Shown here: positions 17,759 through 27,660 of the stretch, piece by piece
How positions within the stretch are numbered: the first letter of the stretch is position 1
How the letters are laid out: the number at the start of each line of letters is the position of its first letter
Source: an uncultured Pseudomonadales bacterium
GTDB lineage: Bacteria; Patescibacteriota; Microgenomatia; UBA1400; UBA1396
Assembly: GCA_964511175.1 (NCBI GenBank)
Contig: CAZEEI010000001.1
Span: 147,187 to 211,186, forward strand
Direction: 5' to 3'
DNA length: 64,000 nt
Notes under the pieces: model-generated
Told to the model about the DNA's origin: nothing
The model's database searches: none
What the model saw: the letters and a program-made list of their open reading frames with translations, nothing else
Program-made: the position numbers and the translations under genes

Positions 17759-19867
17759 TTATAACACGTGTTTGGTTGGTTTAATCCGTAACCGTGCATC
17801 CAAAATCCGCACTCCCCTGCCCTGCGGCAAGACAACCACCGGATTAAGATCCAGCTCGCTAATCTCCGGATGATCGTGGAGTAGTTGGGAAACTCGACCC
17901 AGACATTCGATTACGGCTTTACGATCAAGCTTGGGTTGCCCGCGCATTCCCTGAAAGATGGGACTGAACTCGACGTGATCAACCAGACGAATTGCGTCGC
18001 GCCGCGTCAGTGGTATCAAACCAAAGCGAGCCGACTTGAACACCTCCGTGTAGATACCACCCAGACCGAATAGCAGATAAGCCCCTACTTCTGCCTCGCG
18101 TTGTCCACCGATGATTGTTTCAAAACCGTGGTCGATTTGTTCGGCTATCAGGAAGCCGGTGATTTTGGCCCGCGGCGCGCGGTGGGCGACGTTTTTCATT
18201 AATTTAAGAATGCTGGCCAGCGCGTTGTCTGGCGTGACGTTGAGCAGTACCCCACCTACGTCGCTTTTATGAAGGATGTCGGGCGAAACAATCTTGAGCA
18301 CACAGGGTGCGCCGATTTGTTGGACAGCGGCGGCCACTTGGTTTTCGCTGCGCACTAAACGGTGCCGCAGAATTGGCAAACGGTAGGCTTGGAGCAGGGC
18401 CAAAATGTCCGGTTCTAATAAATAACCGTCTTGTTTGGCGCGGTGCAGGATTCGGTGGACGGCACGTTTGTCGACGCCGCGGAAACGGAATATTTCGCGC
18501 GGCTTAAGGCGTTGCCAGGGACGCCAGCGCTGCAGAGCGGCCAGGGCCTGGATGCCGGTTTCCGGGAAGGAAGCAGTGGCGACGCCGCCTTGTTCGAGGG
18601 TGTTAACGCCTGGTTCAACCAGCTCATCGCCGATAAAGTTGACGACCAGTGGTTTACGGCTGGCGCGTTTGCACTCAACTAGGGCGCGCGCGGTGGCGGT
18701 GACCTGGGTCATGGACTGGGGAGTAAGAATGACGAGGAGGGCGTCAACTTGCGGATCAGAGAGCACCGCGCGCGCCACCGCTTGGTAACGTGACGCGTCG
18801 GCATCGCCAAGAATATCTACCGGATTAGTAATGGCCGCTGCCGCCGGCAATATTTTTTTCAATTGTCGAATCGTAGCGGGAGTTAAGGCAGCTGGTTTGA
18901 GATCTTCTGCGGCCAGCTGGTCAGCGGCAATCACCCCGGCGCCACCGGCGTTAGTGACCACCGCCACGCGGTTCCCTTTGGGTAAGCGGTTGTGAGCGAA
19001 ACAATCGGCCAACAAGAAAAACTCCTCCAGCGACTGCGCCCGGATCAGACCGCTTTGGGCAAAGAGAGCTTGGTAAATGGCCTCGCTGCCACCGATCGCC
19101 CCGGTGTGAGAGCGGGCCGCGGCCGCGCCGGCCGCGGTGCGGCCGGACTTTAAGACGATAATCGGTTTCGGCCGCGGCCCGCTCTGAATCGACCGCGCCA
19201 ACCGCAATAAATCCGGCAAATCGTTGAGCTGTTCCACGTACAACATGATCACACTCGTATCAGCGTCGTGCCAAAGATAGGTCAGAATTTCTTGTTCGCC
19301 AACCATCGCTTTGTTGCCAATGCTGATAAATTTGGAAAAACCCAGATTCAAACCCCGCGCGTAATCCAGCGCCGCTGTCCCCAGTGCGCCGCTCTGCGAC
19401 ACAAAAGCAACCCGCCCTGCTGGCGGTAAAACCGAGGCAAACGAGGCATTCATTTTTAACGCCGGGACAATCACTCCCAAACAGTTGGGGCCGATCAAAG
19501 TGATATGGTAGTGTTTGGCGATTTTAACCAGTTCCGCTTCCGCCCCCTGGTTGCCGCTCTCGCGGAAGCCCGCGCTGATCACCACTGCGGCCGGGATTTT
19601 TTTCCGTCCGGCTTCGGCCAAAACGATTGGCACTACGGCTGCTGGCACGGCAATCACCGCTAAATCGACGTGCTGGGGAATGGCCTTAAGATTAGGCCGA
19701 ACTGCCAAACCGTAAAGTTCGCCCCCCTTTGGATTAACGGGAAAAACTTTGCCGGCATAACCTTGTGTTGCCAAGTTTTTCACCAAGTCGTTACCCACAC
19801 TGCCCACTTCATGTGAGGCGCCGATGACGGCGATCGATTGGGGGGCAAAGACGGCGTGCAGGTTCAT
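17759..19867 (-). CDS. acdAB: acetate--CoA ligase (ADP-forming), fused alpha/beta
   Basis: IAVIGAS, GPNCLG, SQSGALG, SHTGA phospho-His, TNAGGAG, HKSDVGGV, ELDLNP. Confidence 0.93.
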   Translation of the reverse strand: MNLHAVFAPQSIAVIGASHEVGSVGNDLVKNLATQGYAGKVFPVNPKGGELYGLAVRPNLKAIPQHVDLAVIAVPAAVVPIVLAEAGRKKIPAAVVISAGFRESGNQGAEAELVKIAKHYHITLIGPNCLGVIVPALKMNASFASVLPPAGRVAFVSQSGALGTAALDYARGLNLGFSKFISIGNKAMVGEQEILTYLWHDADTSVIMLYVEQLNDLPDLLRLARSIQSGPRPKPIIVLKSGRTAAGAAAARSHTGAIGGSEAIYQALFAQSGLIRAQSLEEFFLLADCFAHNRLPKGNRVAVVTNAGGAGVIAADQLAAEDLKPAALTPATIRQLKKILPAAAAITNPVDILGDADASRYQAVARAVLSDPQVDALLVILTPQSMTQVTATARALVECKRASRKPLVVNFIGDELVEPGVNTLEQGGVATASFPETGIQALAALQRWRPWQRLKPREIFRFRGVDKRAVHRILHRAKQDGYLLEPDILALLQAYRLPILRHRLVRSENQVAAAVQQIGAPCVLKIVSPDILHKSDVGGVLLNVTPDNALASILKLMKNVAHRAPRAKITGFLIAEQIDHGFETIIGGQREAEVGAYLLFGLGGIYTEVFKSARFGLIPLTRRDAIRLVDHVEFSPIFQGMRGQPKLDRKAVIECLGRVSQLLHDHPEISELDLNPVVVLPQGRGVRILDARLRIKPTKHVL

Positions 19868-19989
19868 GGGCAGGATCCTGTGGTTAGTGTAACAAAATTA
19901 TAGCCCGGCTGGTTATGGAAGCAAAAACAATGCGTTCCAGATTGATGCGATATAGTCATATATGCATATATGTTGTACAATAAGCGCCT

Positions 19990-20835
19990 ATGCCAAATCA
20001 ACATCGCTACGATATACCAGAAGGTACGATTGATATCGAAGATAAAGATCTGAAGGCAATACGCCAAAGAACTGAGGCTAAACGCATTCGGGGTCTAGCT
20101 GATGGTTTTCTAACGCAAGTTAGTAGACGTCCCCTGACCAGTTTTAGCCCTGCCGAACTAGATTTATTATTGGCTAGCTGTGAATTTTCTGATTTTTCGG
20201 CACAATTAAGCGAAGAAAGAGGTTTGGCAGATGTGGTTGAGGTTACAGTAAGTATTGGTATTATGGTTGTAATAATTGCTTTTGTTTACGCCCATTTCCA
20301 AGTTGCCGAACGTCAGGCGTCGCTGTTTACCACTGATTTTTTAGGAGCAATATCGGTAGCGATGCTGGCTACAGTTGGTGGTCTTAGTATTCATACCTTA
20401 AAAAAGAAGCTAGCCAGTATGTCAGAGCAGTCTTCTTTTCGTGGGGTTGTTTTGGATCATCAAGCACTTAATTTAGATGAGATTTCCGATTTTGTTGATT
20501 CTGATGCTAATACTGCTCACCTTAATCGCCTGCAGCAAATTGTTACCGCCACTGCTAAATTGGTTGACGAGGAAATAAAATCGGGACGAACTATGGGTCT
20601 TACTCTGGAACAAGCACCAGTTTTTGCCCAGGCTGTGGCCGCCAACCTCAACCGTGATCAGCGGAATTTCTTGCGTTCAGAATTAGAGCACAGGCAAAAG
20701 AAAGTGGCACCGACTAGTCCAGCGGTAGACGACCAAAGCTCCGGACAAGAAAACGATCAAGATCGTTTGACTGAGCTGTATTATCGGTCAATACGGCAGC
20801 GTCATGCGGCGTTGAGTTCGAATGAGTCTCGTTAG
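19990..20835 (+). CDS. 2-TM hypothetical protein, array-2 paralog 1
   Basis: FSPAELDLLLASCE then two TM segments; ends NESR. Confidence 0.72.
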   Translation: MPNQHRYDIPEGTIDIEDKDLKAIRQRTEAKRIRGLADGFLTQVSRRPLTSFSPAELDLLLASCEFSDFSAQLSEERGLADVVEVTVSIGIMVVIIAFVYAHFQVAERQASLFTTDFLGAISVAMLATVGGLSIHTLKKKLASMSEQSSFRGVVLDHQALNLDEISDFVDSDANTAHLNRLQQIVTATAKLVDEEIKSGRTMGLTLEQAPVFAQAVAANLNRDQRNFLRSELEHRQKKVAPTSPAVDDQSSGQENDQDRLTELYYRSIRQRHAALSSNESR

Positions 20836-20872
20836 ATGCTAATTGACTAGAGTCAAATTTGCTACAATAACC

Positions 20873-21556
20873 ATGACTATGGTTAGGTTGAGACGGTCGG
20901 TTAAAAACGAAGCGGATCTAGGTGGTTTAGATTCCCTTTTCCCCTCCGCTGAGCAATCGGCCGAAGCTTTTTTTCAGCAAATTCAAGCCACGCCGATTGA
21001 AGAATTATCGCGTGGACAAGTAGACTTACTGCAGGCTTGTCGGGAGCTGGTCGAGCGAACCGAAAATAAGCCGGTTGATTACCTACTTTTTTTGCTTCTA
21101 ATCGCCAATATTGTCTATTTGGTGGTCGGTTTAGCGGCGCTGGATCCTCGGGCTCCTACTGTCGAGTACGTGGCTGTGCTGGCTCTCCCCTTCGCTAGTG
21201 TATTATTAGCTGCCTTGGTTGCCTTGATCACCGGTTTACACGAAGCGCCACCTTTTTTCGATGATATCGATTGGGACCGGGAATTAAGTCAATCAGCACC
21301 GACCTTTCATCGTAAAGCCAGATATTTAGCAACCGCCGCGGCCGCCAATTTAAATATTGATTTTGTTCCCGCCGACGCCGAAATTTTTGCTAAAAAACTA
21401 ATGTCGCTGGTGCCGCCGGAATGGGGTAAACCACTGCGCCAGTCGGCTATTCGTCATCATCGGCAGGTTAAGCAAGATAAGCGGATCGAATCTTTAGCGA
21501 GGGATGATAGTAGTATTGTTCAGGCCGTTAAGCGACGTCTTCGTAATCACCGTTAG
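20873..21556 (+). CDS. 2-TM hypothetical protein, array-2 paralog 2
   Basis: LSRGQVDLLQACRE then LLIANIVYL...LDP; ends RNHR. Confidence 0.72.
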   Translation: MTMVRLRRSVKNEADLGGLDSLFPSAEQSAEAFFQQIQATPIEELSRGQVDLLQACRELVERTENKPVDYLLFLLLIANIVYLVVGLAALDPRAPTVEYVAVLALPFASVLLAALVALITGLHEAPPFFDDIDWDRELSQSAPTFHRKARYLATAAAANLNIDFVPADAEIFAKKLMSLVPPEWGKPLRQSAIRHHRQVKQDKRIESLARDDSSIVQAVKRRLRNHR

Positions 21557-21661
21557 CCAGATCATGCGGTATAATCTGATCTAGATAACAATCCATCTTT
21601 TTACTGTGTATCACTACACTACTACATGAAAAAAAGTAACTATCGATGGTACTATAGGACT

Positions 21662-22273
21662 ATGAATAAACCGTCTTCCCACCCCGACACTGAGCCTCGT
21701 TTCACCGAGTATACGGTACAGAGTCAAACCGAAGCCTGGCTCAAAAGAATTCAGCGTGCCAAGTCCATATTTCAGTTGCCATCGCCGGATTTTACACCAG
21801 CGGATCTTGATTTGTTGCGTGCCTGTTGGGAACATACCCGCGTTTTAGATCGTGAATCGACGGGCAGAACAATCGTTGCCCTTTTAGCGATTAATTTGAT
21901 TTTGTACTTAGCCGGTACTGGTCTGGATCCCGCTATGGTCGAAAAAGTGATTGGTGTTTTACCAGTAGTCAGCACTACAGCCGGAGGGTACTAGGCCTTA
22001 AGGAAACATTCGTATCAAAAACCCCTCGCCCACCGGATTCTTACGGCACCCTGGGACGAGGAGACTGGATTTAGTGACCAAGAAGCAACGCGAATAGTGG
22101 TGGCAAGATTGGCCAACCAGGTGAAGGAATTCCAAAATGCTGGCGTGAGTGTGAGTGTCTGGAGTAATCAGGCAACGGAATTAGCCCGTCGAGTAGTAGC
22201 GGCCACCGCTAATCGCCGCCAAGAATTGCAGGTTCTTAATCGCGGTGCCCATCAGCATAACCGTAACCGTTGA
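21662..22273 (+). pseudogene. array-2 paralog 3 with an in-frame TAG at 21992
   Basis: FTPADLDLLRACWE; the frame stays open 92 codons past the TAG to TGA 22271-22273 and still aligns with paralog 1; ends RNR. Confidence 0.7.
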
Positions 22274-22282
22274 AATTTGATC

Positions 22283-22930
22283 TCACTCCCGTAAAAAATG
22301 GAACGAACTGAGGATGCGGTCAAACTCTGCCTGGCCGTCGGGGTAGTTTTCCAGGTTATAGCCAGCCCGCAATTGGTAAGTTTGGCCGCCTTTTTCCAAA
22401 CGCACCTCCAGTAATTGGCCGGAAACGGTTGCAGGATTAGTGAAAACAAAATAGGTTCCGCGCGCCCCGTCCAACACTACGTCTTTTTGTTCAGCGATGG
22501 CCCCGGCCGGCTGGGGATCAACGCTTAACGGTTGATTTAGCACGTGTACCTGCAAGTCGATCCCAGCCTGGTAGGTGAAGCGATTAGTAATTCCCTCCCG
22601 CGGCGTAGTGACCTTAGTGCGGTAGTCCGGGCTCTGGGCGAATAGGCTGGAAAGGGCAAGTTGATCAGCTTTGTCTAAGGCAACTTGCCAATCAGCCGGC
22701 AACTGGAGAGAGTACAAACCACCGGCGTCCTGAATAGTTTGGCGGGGTGAGGCGGAATCGGTAGCACTAAAACCGAAGTCAGTATTGGCTACGGCGGTGG
22801 GGGTTGGTGTCGGTGTAGTCACTACGGCAGCCGGCGGCGGATTAGCTCCCCAGTGGCCCAACCCAAAACCAACACCCAAACCGACCAAGAGCAGGCCAAT
22901 CGTGCCCAGAACCAAACCCATTTGTTTCAT
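22283..22930 (-). CDS. membrane-anchored secreted protein (PsbP-like fold)
   Basis: N-terminal TM, PT linker, YSLQLPADWQV...EFDRILSSFHF. Confidence 0.6.
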   Translation of the reverse strand: MKQMGLVLGTIGLLLVGLGVGFGLGHWGANPPPAAVVTTPTPTPTAVANTDFGFSATDSASPRQTIQDAGGLYSLQLPADWQVALDKADQLALSSLFAQSPDYRTKVTTPREGITNRFTYQAGIDLQVHVLNQPLSVDPQPAGAIAEQKDVVLDGARGTYFVFTNPATVSGQLLEVRLEKGGQTYQLRAGYNLENYPDGQAEFDRILSSFHFLRE

Positions 22931-22997
22931 AATTTTCCCTGTGCTTCTAATAATACCTCTTTATCGAATTTAAAAAAGTAAAGGCGGAAAAGGTAAG

Positions 22998-24815
22998 CTA
23001 TATTTTCATGGCACTAGCGATACTAGCCGCATCAATCCCTGCCGCTGCCAGGTTTTCGGCCGAAGTACCGCTGTGGGGCAGACCGCGCACGGCTAAGTGG
23101 GTTAGCTTGACCGGTTCGTTGCCCAGAGCCGAACGCACCGCCTCGCCCATGCCGCCGGCCGCGTAGTGGTCTTCGACGACAATTAAGTGTTTGGTGTTGC
23201 GGACGGCTTGGACTAAAGTTGCGGTGTCGATCGGCTGAATACTATATAGGTCGATAACCCGTACGGCTATCCCCTGCTGCGCCAACCGATCCGCTGCCTT
23301 CAAGGCTTCGTGGAGGGTAATGCCTGCCGCCACAATCGTCGCTTGGTCATGGTCACTGTGGCGCAAAGTGTGGCTACCGCCCACTTTGAACTCAGTGTCA
23401 GGAGTGTATAAGACCGGCACCGCTTGACGGGTAGAGCGCAAATAAACCATACCTGGATAGGCGGCGGCTAATTCGACTAATTTCAACATCGAAGGGTAAT
23501 CGCTGGGATAGAGTACAGTGCAGCCAAATAAGGAGCGGAACAGGGCGATGTCCTCCAGACCCATTTGCGATACGCCGTCTGCGCCGATCGCCACGCCCGC
23601 GTGCGAACCGCACAATTTTAGGTTGGCTAGGGAGTAAGCCGCCATGCGGAGCTGGTCGAAGGCGCGCGGCCAGAAGGCGGCCAAGGTACTAAGGAACGGT
23701 ATCTGGCCGCGCGCCGCCAATCCTGCCCCCACTCCCACCATGTTCTGCTCGGCGATAAACATTTCGTAGAAACGGTGTGGGTACTTTTGTTGGAATCGAT
23801 CGCTAAAAGTCGAGTTGCTCAAATCGGCATCCAAAACCAGCAACTCTGGATAGGTGTTGGCTAAACGAACTAAACCGTCGCCGTAGCCTTCGCGCACGGC
23901 GGCCAGCTGGCTGGCGGGTGGAATCACAGGTGGCAAAGTGGCACGTTGCGGCGGGGCAATTAAGGCTGCAGTAATTGGTTGCGCCAGCTGGCCGCGCCAC
24001 GATTGGTCGACCGGTCCCAGTTCGGCCAAAGCGGTCGCCAGCCGTTCCGGCGGCACAACCTTAGCGTGGCGATTTTCCCGATCCTCGAGAACGGCGATTT
24101 CCTTCCCTTTCAGTGTATGGGCAATAATCATTACCGGTTGGTCGGTACTTTGCCGTGCCGTGGCGTAGGCTTGGCTGATGGCGGCTAAATCGTGGCCGTC
24201 GATCACTAGGGCCTGCCAGCCAAAAGCGGTCACCCGCTGCTGGTAAGCCACAACTTGGTGGCCAAACTGAGTGGGGCCAGTTTGTGCCAAGCGGTTGACA
24301 TCGATAATACCGATCAAGTTGCCCAAGCGGTAATGCGCTGCCAGTTGAATTGCCTCCCAAATACTGCCTTCGGCCATCTCCCCGTCGCCGAGCAGGACAA
24401 AGGTGCGGTAATCCAGGTGCTGCCGCTGAACCTGCAGTGCCATGCCTAGTCCTACGGAAAGTCCCTGTCCCAATGAGCCGGTGGCGACTTCCGTCCACGG
24501 GAAGTCCGGCAGCGGGTGGCCCTGGAGTGGGCTGTTGAGCTGACGCAGGGTGGTGAGTTTTTCAGCAGGGAAAGCGCCGGCTGCCGCCCACAGCGCGTAC
24601 AACAGCGGGGCCGCGTGGCCTTTGGAAAAAATCAAGCGATCATTGTTGGGATAATTGCGTTCGTCCAACCGAAAGCGGAAGTGGCCGTCAAAAAACAGGG
24701 AGGCTATCAGGTCGGCGGCCGAAAGACAGGAGGTAGGGTGACCCGAGCCAGCCGCCGTAGTAGCGGTGAGCGACCAGTAGCGCAGCAGGCGAGCCAATTC
24801 GGCAGTGGTGGGCAT
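22998..24815 (-). CDS. tkt: transketolase (single chain)
   Basis: GSGHPTSCLS, SKGHAAP, GSLGQG, GDGEMAEG, IAEQNM, DGVSQ; real start ATG 24815. Confidence 0.95.
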   Translation of the reverse strand: MPTTAELARLLRYWSLTATTAAGSGHPTSCLSAADLIASLFFDGHFRFRLDERNYPNNDRLIFSKGHAAPLLYALWAAAGAFPAEKLTTLRQLNSPLQGHPLPDFPWTEVATGSLGQGLSVGLGMALQVQRQHLDYRTFVLLGDGEMAEGSIWEAIQLAAHYRLGNLIGIIDVNRLAQTGPTQFGHQVVAYQQRVTAFGWQALVIDGHDLAAISQAYATARQSTDQPVMIIAHTLKGKEIAVLEDRENRHAKVVPPERLATALAELGPVDQSWRGQLAQPITAALIAPPQRATLPPVIPPASQLAAVREGYGDGLVRLANTYPELLVLDADLSNSTFSDRFQQKYPHRFYEMFIAEQNMVGVGAGLAARGQIPFLSTLAAFWPRAFDQLRMAAYSLANLKLCGSHAGVAIGADGVSQMGLEDIALFRSLFGCTVLYPSDYPSMLKLVELAAAYPGMVYLRSTRQAVPVLYTPDTEFKVGGSHTLRHSDHDQATIVAAGITLHEALKAADRLAQQGIAVRVIDLYSIQPIDTATLVQAVRNTKHLIVVEDHYAAGGMGEAVRSALGNEPVKLTHLAVRGLPHSGTSAENLAAAGIDAASIASAMKI

Positions 24816-24831
24816 TGGTTCTATTGTACAG

Positions 24832-24874
24832 GGTCTGACCCCGGCATGGGTCAGACCCTGCCATAGGTCTGACT
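24832..24874. repeat. GGTCWGACC palindrome array, 3 cores, 17-nt period
   Basis: Cores at 24832, 24849 and 24866 (the last reads GGTCTGACT). Confidence 0.88.
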
Positions 24875-26155
24875 CGGCCACCATTTCTGCACAAACAATC
24901 TCAGCCGATAAACAAAACCAATTTTTTCAGGCTCCAGTACAGCATCTTGTCTCAGCTCACTCCCGCGGGCAATGATCATATTTTGCCCAGAGGTTTTATA
25001 TTTATTGCCGCCAATTACCAACTCAACCGTGCCGGCTGGTAGGTTAAGGGCATAGTATCCCTGTTGGTCTGTAGTCGTACTATTGAGACCATCGCTGGTT
25101 TTAACCGGGATATCACTCAGTCGGTCGCCTAAAGTATTAGTGACCGCTCCCCCCACCTGTCCGGGAAGGAAGTAATTCCGCAGCACTTCCATAGCTAACC
25201 GCTCCGTGCCATTATTGTTCAGTAGTTTGGTAGTCCCGATCGTCAAAACGTTGTAATTAATCCCCAAGACATTAGCCTTGTTTTGGTAAAGCTGTTGTAA
25301 AACCTGATCAATAAACCGTGCTTGTTGTTTTTCGTCCATATCGCCGTTAATATCCGGATTCGGTGCCCCAAATTCCCCCAACAGCACCTTAGTCTGCCAT
25401 TTTTGGGAAAAATAATTAATATATTGACTCATCGAGGTTGGATCTTTGGCGTAATGGTCGATGGTTACCAAGTGATCCAAAGCGGCAAAAGTTGGCTGAT
25501 CCAAAACTTCTTTGGCTCGGCCACCGATAATCGAAAGAATATTGGTGGAGACTTTTTTATCAATCTTGCCGAAAGCAGTGCCGAGCAAAACCCTCTGGCT
25601 GCGGACAAATTGATTGTATTCGTTATTCCTGTCCGGCTGCGGCCAGAATCCCGCGTTCTCACATTCGGGACAGGGGTCAAAGATATCCCCGTCGGCAAAA
25701 AGGTTGGCGTGCGTTTCGATAAAAGTGGCCGTTTTTGCCTGGTGTTGAGCCGGTGTCAAGTTTTTAGGGTAATCGAACCAACCTTCCCAGTTGCACCAGT
25801 TGCCACGGAACCAAACTTTTAGCCCAGCCTGACGAGCCAGTTTTACCCAGCGTTCCAAGTAAGGTAGGAATTCGTCGTCGTAAGGTGTATCGATCGCTAC
25901 GTAGTTGGCGCCCAAACTTTTAATGGCGGTTAATTCACTCATTATTTCTTGGTCGAATTTCCGGTCTAACAATTTAGCCCGCGCCAAATCGCGGGAAGTC
26001 TTCATGGTGTCGACCGACCGGATCGGCCATAAATCACGCGGTTGCTCCGGTGGGTTTAACGCCGGTTGGGGTCGAGGAGCCAGCCAAAAAAGGAGAAGTG
26101 CCACGGCAACACCTAAAAACAACAGGATAAACAGTAACCGCAATTTCGTGATCAT
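24851..26155 (-). CDS. membrane-anchored glycoside hydrolase-like protein (GH-A clan) with C-terminal carboxypeptidase-regulatory-like domain
   Basis: N-terminal TM, LGANYVAI, GLKVWFRG, PECEN, VLLGEFG; TTTDQQGYYAL beta-sandwich. Confidence 0.6.
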   Translation of the reverse strand: MITKLRLLFILLFLGVAVALLLFWLAPRPQPALNPPEQPRDLWPIRSVDTMKTSRDLARAKLLDRKFDQEIMSELTAIKSLGANYVAIDTPYDDEFLPYLERWVKLARQAGLKVWFRGNWCNWEGWFDYPKNLTPAQHQAKTATFIETHANLFADGDIFDPCPECENAGFWPQPDRNNEYNQFVRSQRVLLGTAFGKIDKKVSTNILSIIGGRAKEVLDQPTFAALDHLVTIDHYAKDPTSMSQYINYFSQKWQTKVLLGEFGAPNPDINGDMDEKQQARFIDQVLQQLYQNKANVLGINYNVLTIGTTKLLNNNGTERLAMEVLRNYFLPGQVGGAVTNTLGDRLSDIPVKTSDGLNSTTTDQQGYYALNLPAGTVELVIGGNKYKTSGQNMIIARGSELRQDAVLEPEKIGFVYRLRLFVQKWWPSQTYGRV

Positions 26156-27660
26156 CGGCGCTGGTAAATACCAAACTTTTCGTAGCTGTAAACTAGAACA
26201 TAATTTTTCTTAAAATCGGGATTGTTTTTTATCGCTTGATAAACCAGGTCGGCGGGATAAGACATGGTGGCGATATACTCCACGTTAGCGGACGGTTGTT
26301 TCAAAGCATTATCCCAATACTCCCGTGTGCCTTCGTGGACGTAAAGTTTCATAGGCAGCTGGGCGCGGGCCACAAAAGCATCGTGGGAGGCCAAACTGGT
26401 TAGGATCAAACCATCCTGGTAATGGTCGGCCAACCACCGGCTGGCCTCAACGGTGTAACGCGTATTGGCCAAACCCCTCAGACCGTCGACGAGGGTGATC
26501 GGTAAACCCTGATGAACAAAGATTATTGACTGTAAGATCAATATACCCGCTACCACAGGGAATATTTTTTTCCGTGAGGCCAAAATACCCAGCACCACCG
26601 CTAAAGCTGGCAGGGTCAATAGCCCGTAGCGGATGTTAAAGAGGCCGGGATTTTGTGCCGCTTGTGGCACGTTCATGGCCGATTGACCCAGGTATAAGGC
26701 CAACACGTTAAACGCCAAAGGAGAAAGTATGGCTAACAAAATGACCAATTGTTGTTTGGATTTAATCAGCCAAGGCGCGGCTAGTAAGCCAGCCAGTGAC
26801 AATAAGGCAATAATTAAACCATTGTTGGCAACTACCGCCCAAAGATAATAACTGAGTGATAACCACAGGTTGCCTTGGGTAGGTAGCTGGCCAGCGCTTT
26901 CTAAAACTTTTTGCTGGGCATAAGCCGAATAAGGGCCGCGGATGAAATATAAAGCGTCGCCAAAAATGGTTAAGTTCCATAAAAACCACAACAATATTCC
27001 CAAACCACCCAGGCTGACAAATAGGACAATAATTCCCTCAGCTTTTTTTCTGCCCAGTACTACCCAACTCCAGATTAACAGCAGTGCCGTGGTGCACAGC
27101 AAGAAAAACCAACCATCATACCTAATGAGCGTGGCGGCCATGATACAAACACTCGCCAAAAGCAAATGGAGTATTTCTTTATCCTGGATAAATTTAGCCA
27201 GGAAATAAGTGGCCACAATAAAGCTGGCGATCAGTAGTGTTTCCGTCATAGGAGTGGTGGCCAGGTAGAGCAAATTAGGATTAAGCCCCAGTACGAGGGT
27301 GCCTAGTGCCGCGGCCGGTTTATTTTTCGTTAGCAGCAGAATTAGCTGGTAAGTAAAAAATACGGCGGCAACGTACGCTGCCAACGAAACAATACTGCCC
27401 GCTAAAGCGGTGTGCCACATCATGTCATTCCAAGCCAGCGGTAACATCAGTAAGTGAGGTAGGGGTAGCCAAACGGTACCGATCTGTGCGAGTCCAGGAG
27501 TAAGGTTATCAATCATCCGGCGGGCAATATTGAGGTGGGAAGCGGCGTCATTATAAGTAAGGACATAACCATGGGAAAAAGAAAAGTACCAAGCGACTAA
27601 CGCCGCAACCACAGCGAACAACAATAAAAATTTGTCGTTACGACCGATTTTTTTGAACAT
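26152..27660 (-). CDS. GT-C fold membrane glycosyltransferase (ArnT/PMT-like)
   Basis: YNDAASHL, VWLPLPH, TPMTE, IRYDGW, many TMs. Confidence 0.8.
   Translation of the reverse strand: MFKKIGRNDKFLLLFAVVAALVAWYFSFSHGYVLTYNDAASHLNIARRMIDNLTPGLAQIGTVWLPLPHLLMLPLAWNDMMWHTALAGSIVSLAAYVAAVFFTYQLILLLTKNKPAAALGTLVLGLNPNLLYLATTPMTETLLIASFIVATYFLAKFIQDKEILHLLLASVCIMAATLIRYDGWFFLLCTTALLLIWSWVVLGRKKAEGIIVLFVSLGGLGILLWFLWNLTIFGDALYFIRGPYSAYAQQKVLESAGQLPTQGNLWLSLSYYLWAVVANNGLIIALLSLAGLLAAPWLIKSKQQLVILLAILSPLAFNVLALYLGQSAMNVPQAAQNPGLFNIRYGLLTLPALAVVLGILASRKKIFPVVAGILILQSIIFVHQGLPITLVDGLRGLANTRYTVEASRWLADHYQDGLILTSLASHDAFVARAQLPMKLYVHEGTREYWDNALKQPSANVEYIATMSYPADLVYQAIKNNPDFKKNYVLVYSYEKFGIYQRR

Noticed and set aside
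21992-21994. Stop-codon reassignment (TAG or TGA recoding)
   Set aside because: TAG, TGA and TAA all terminate well-conserved genes at the expected positions in this window
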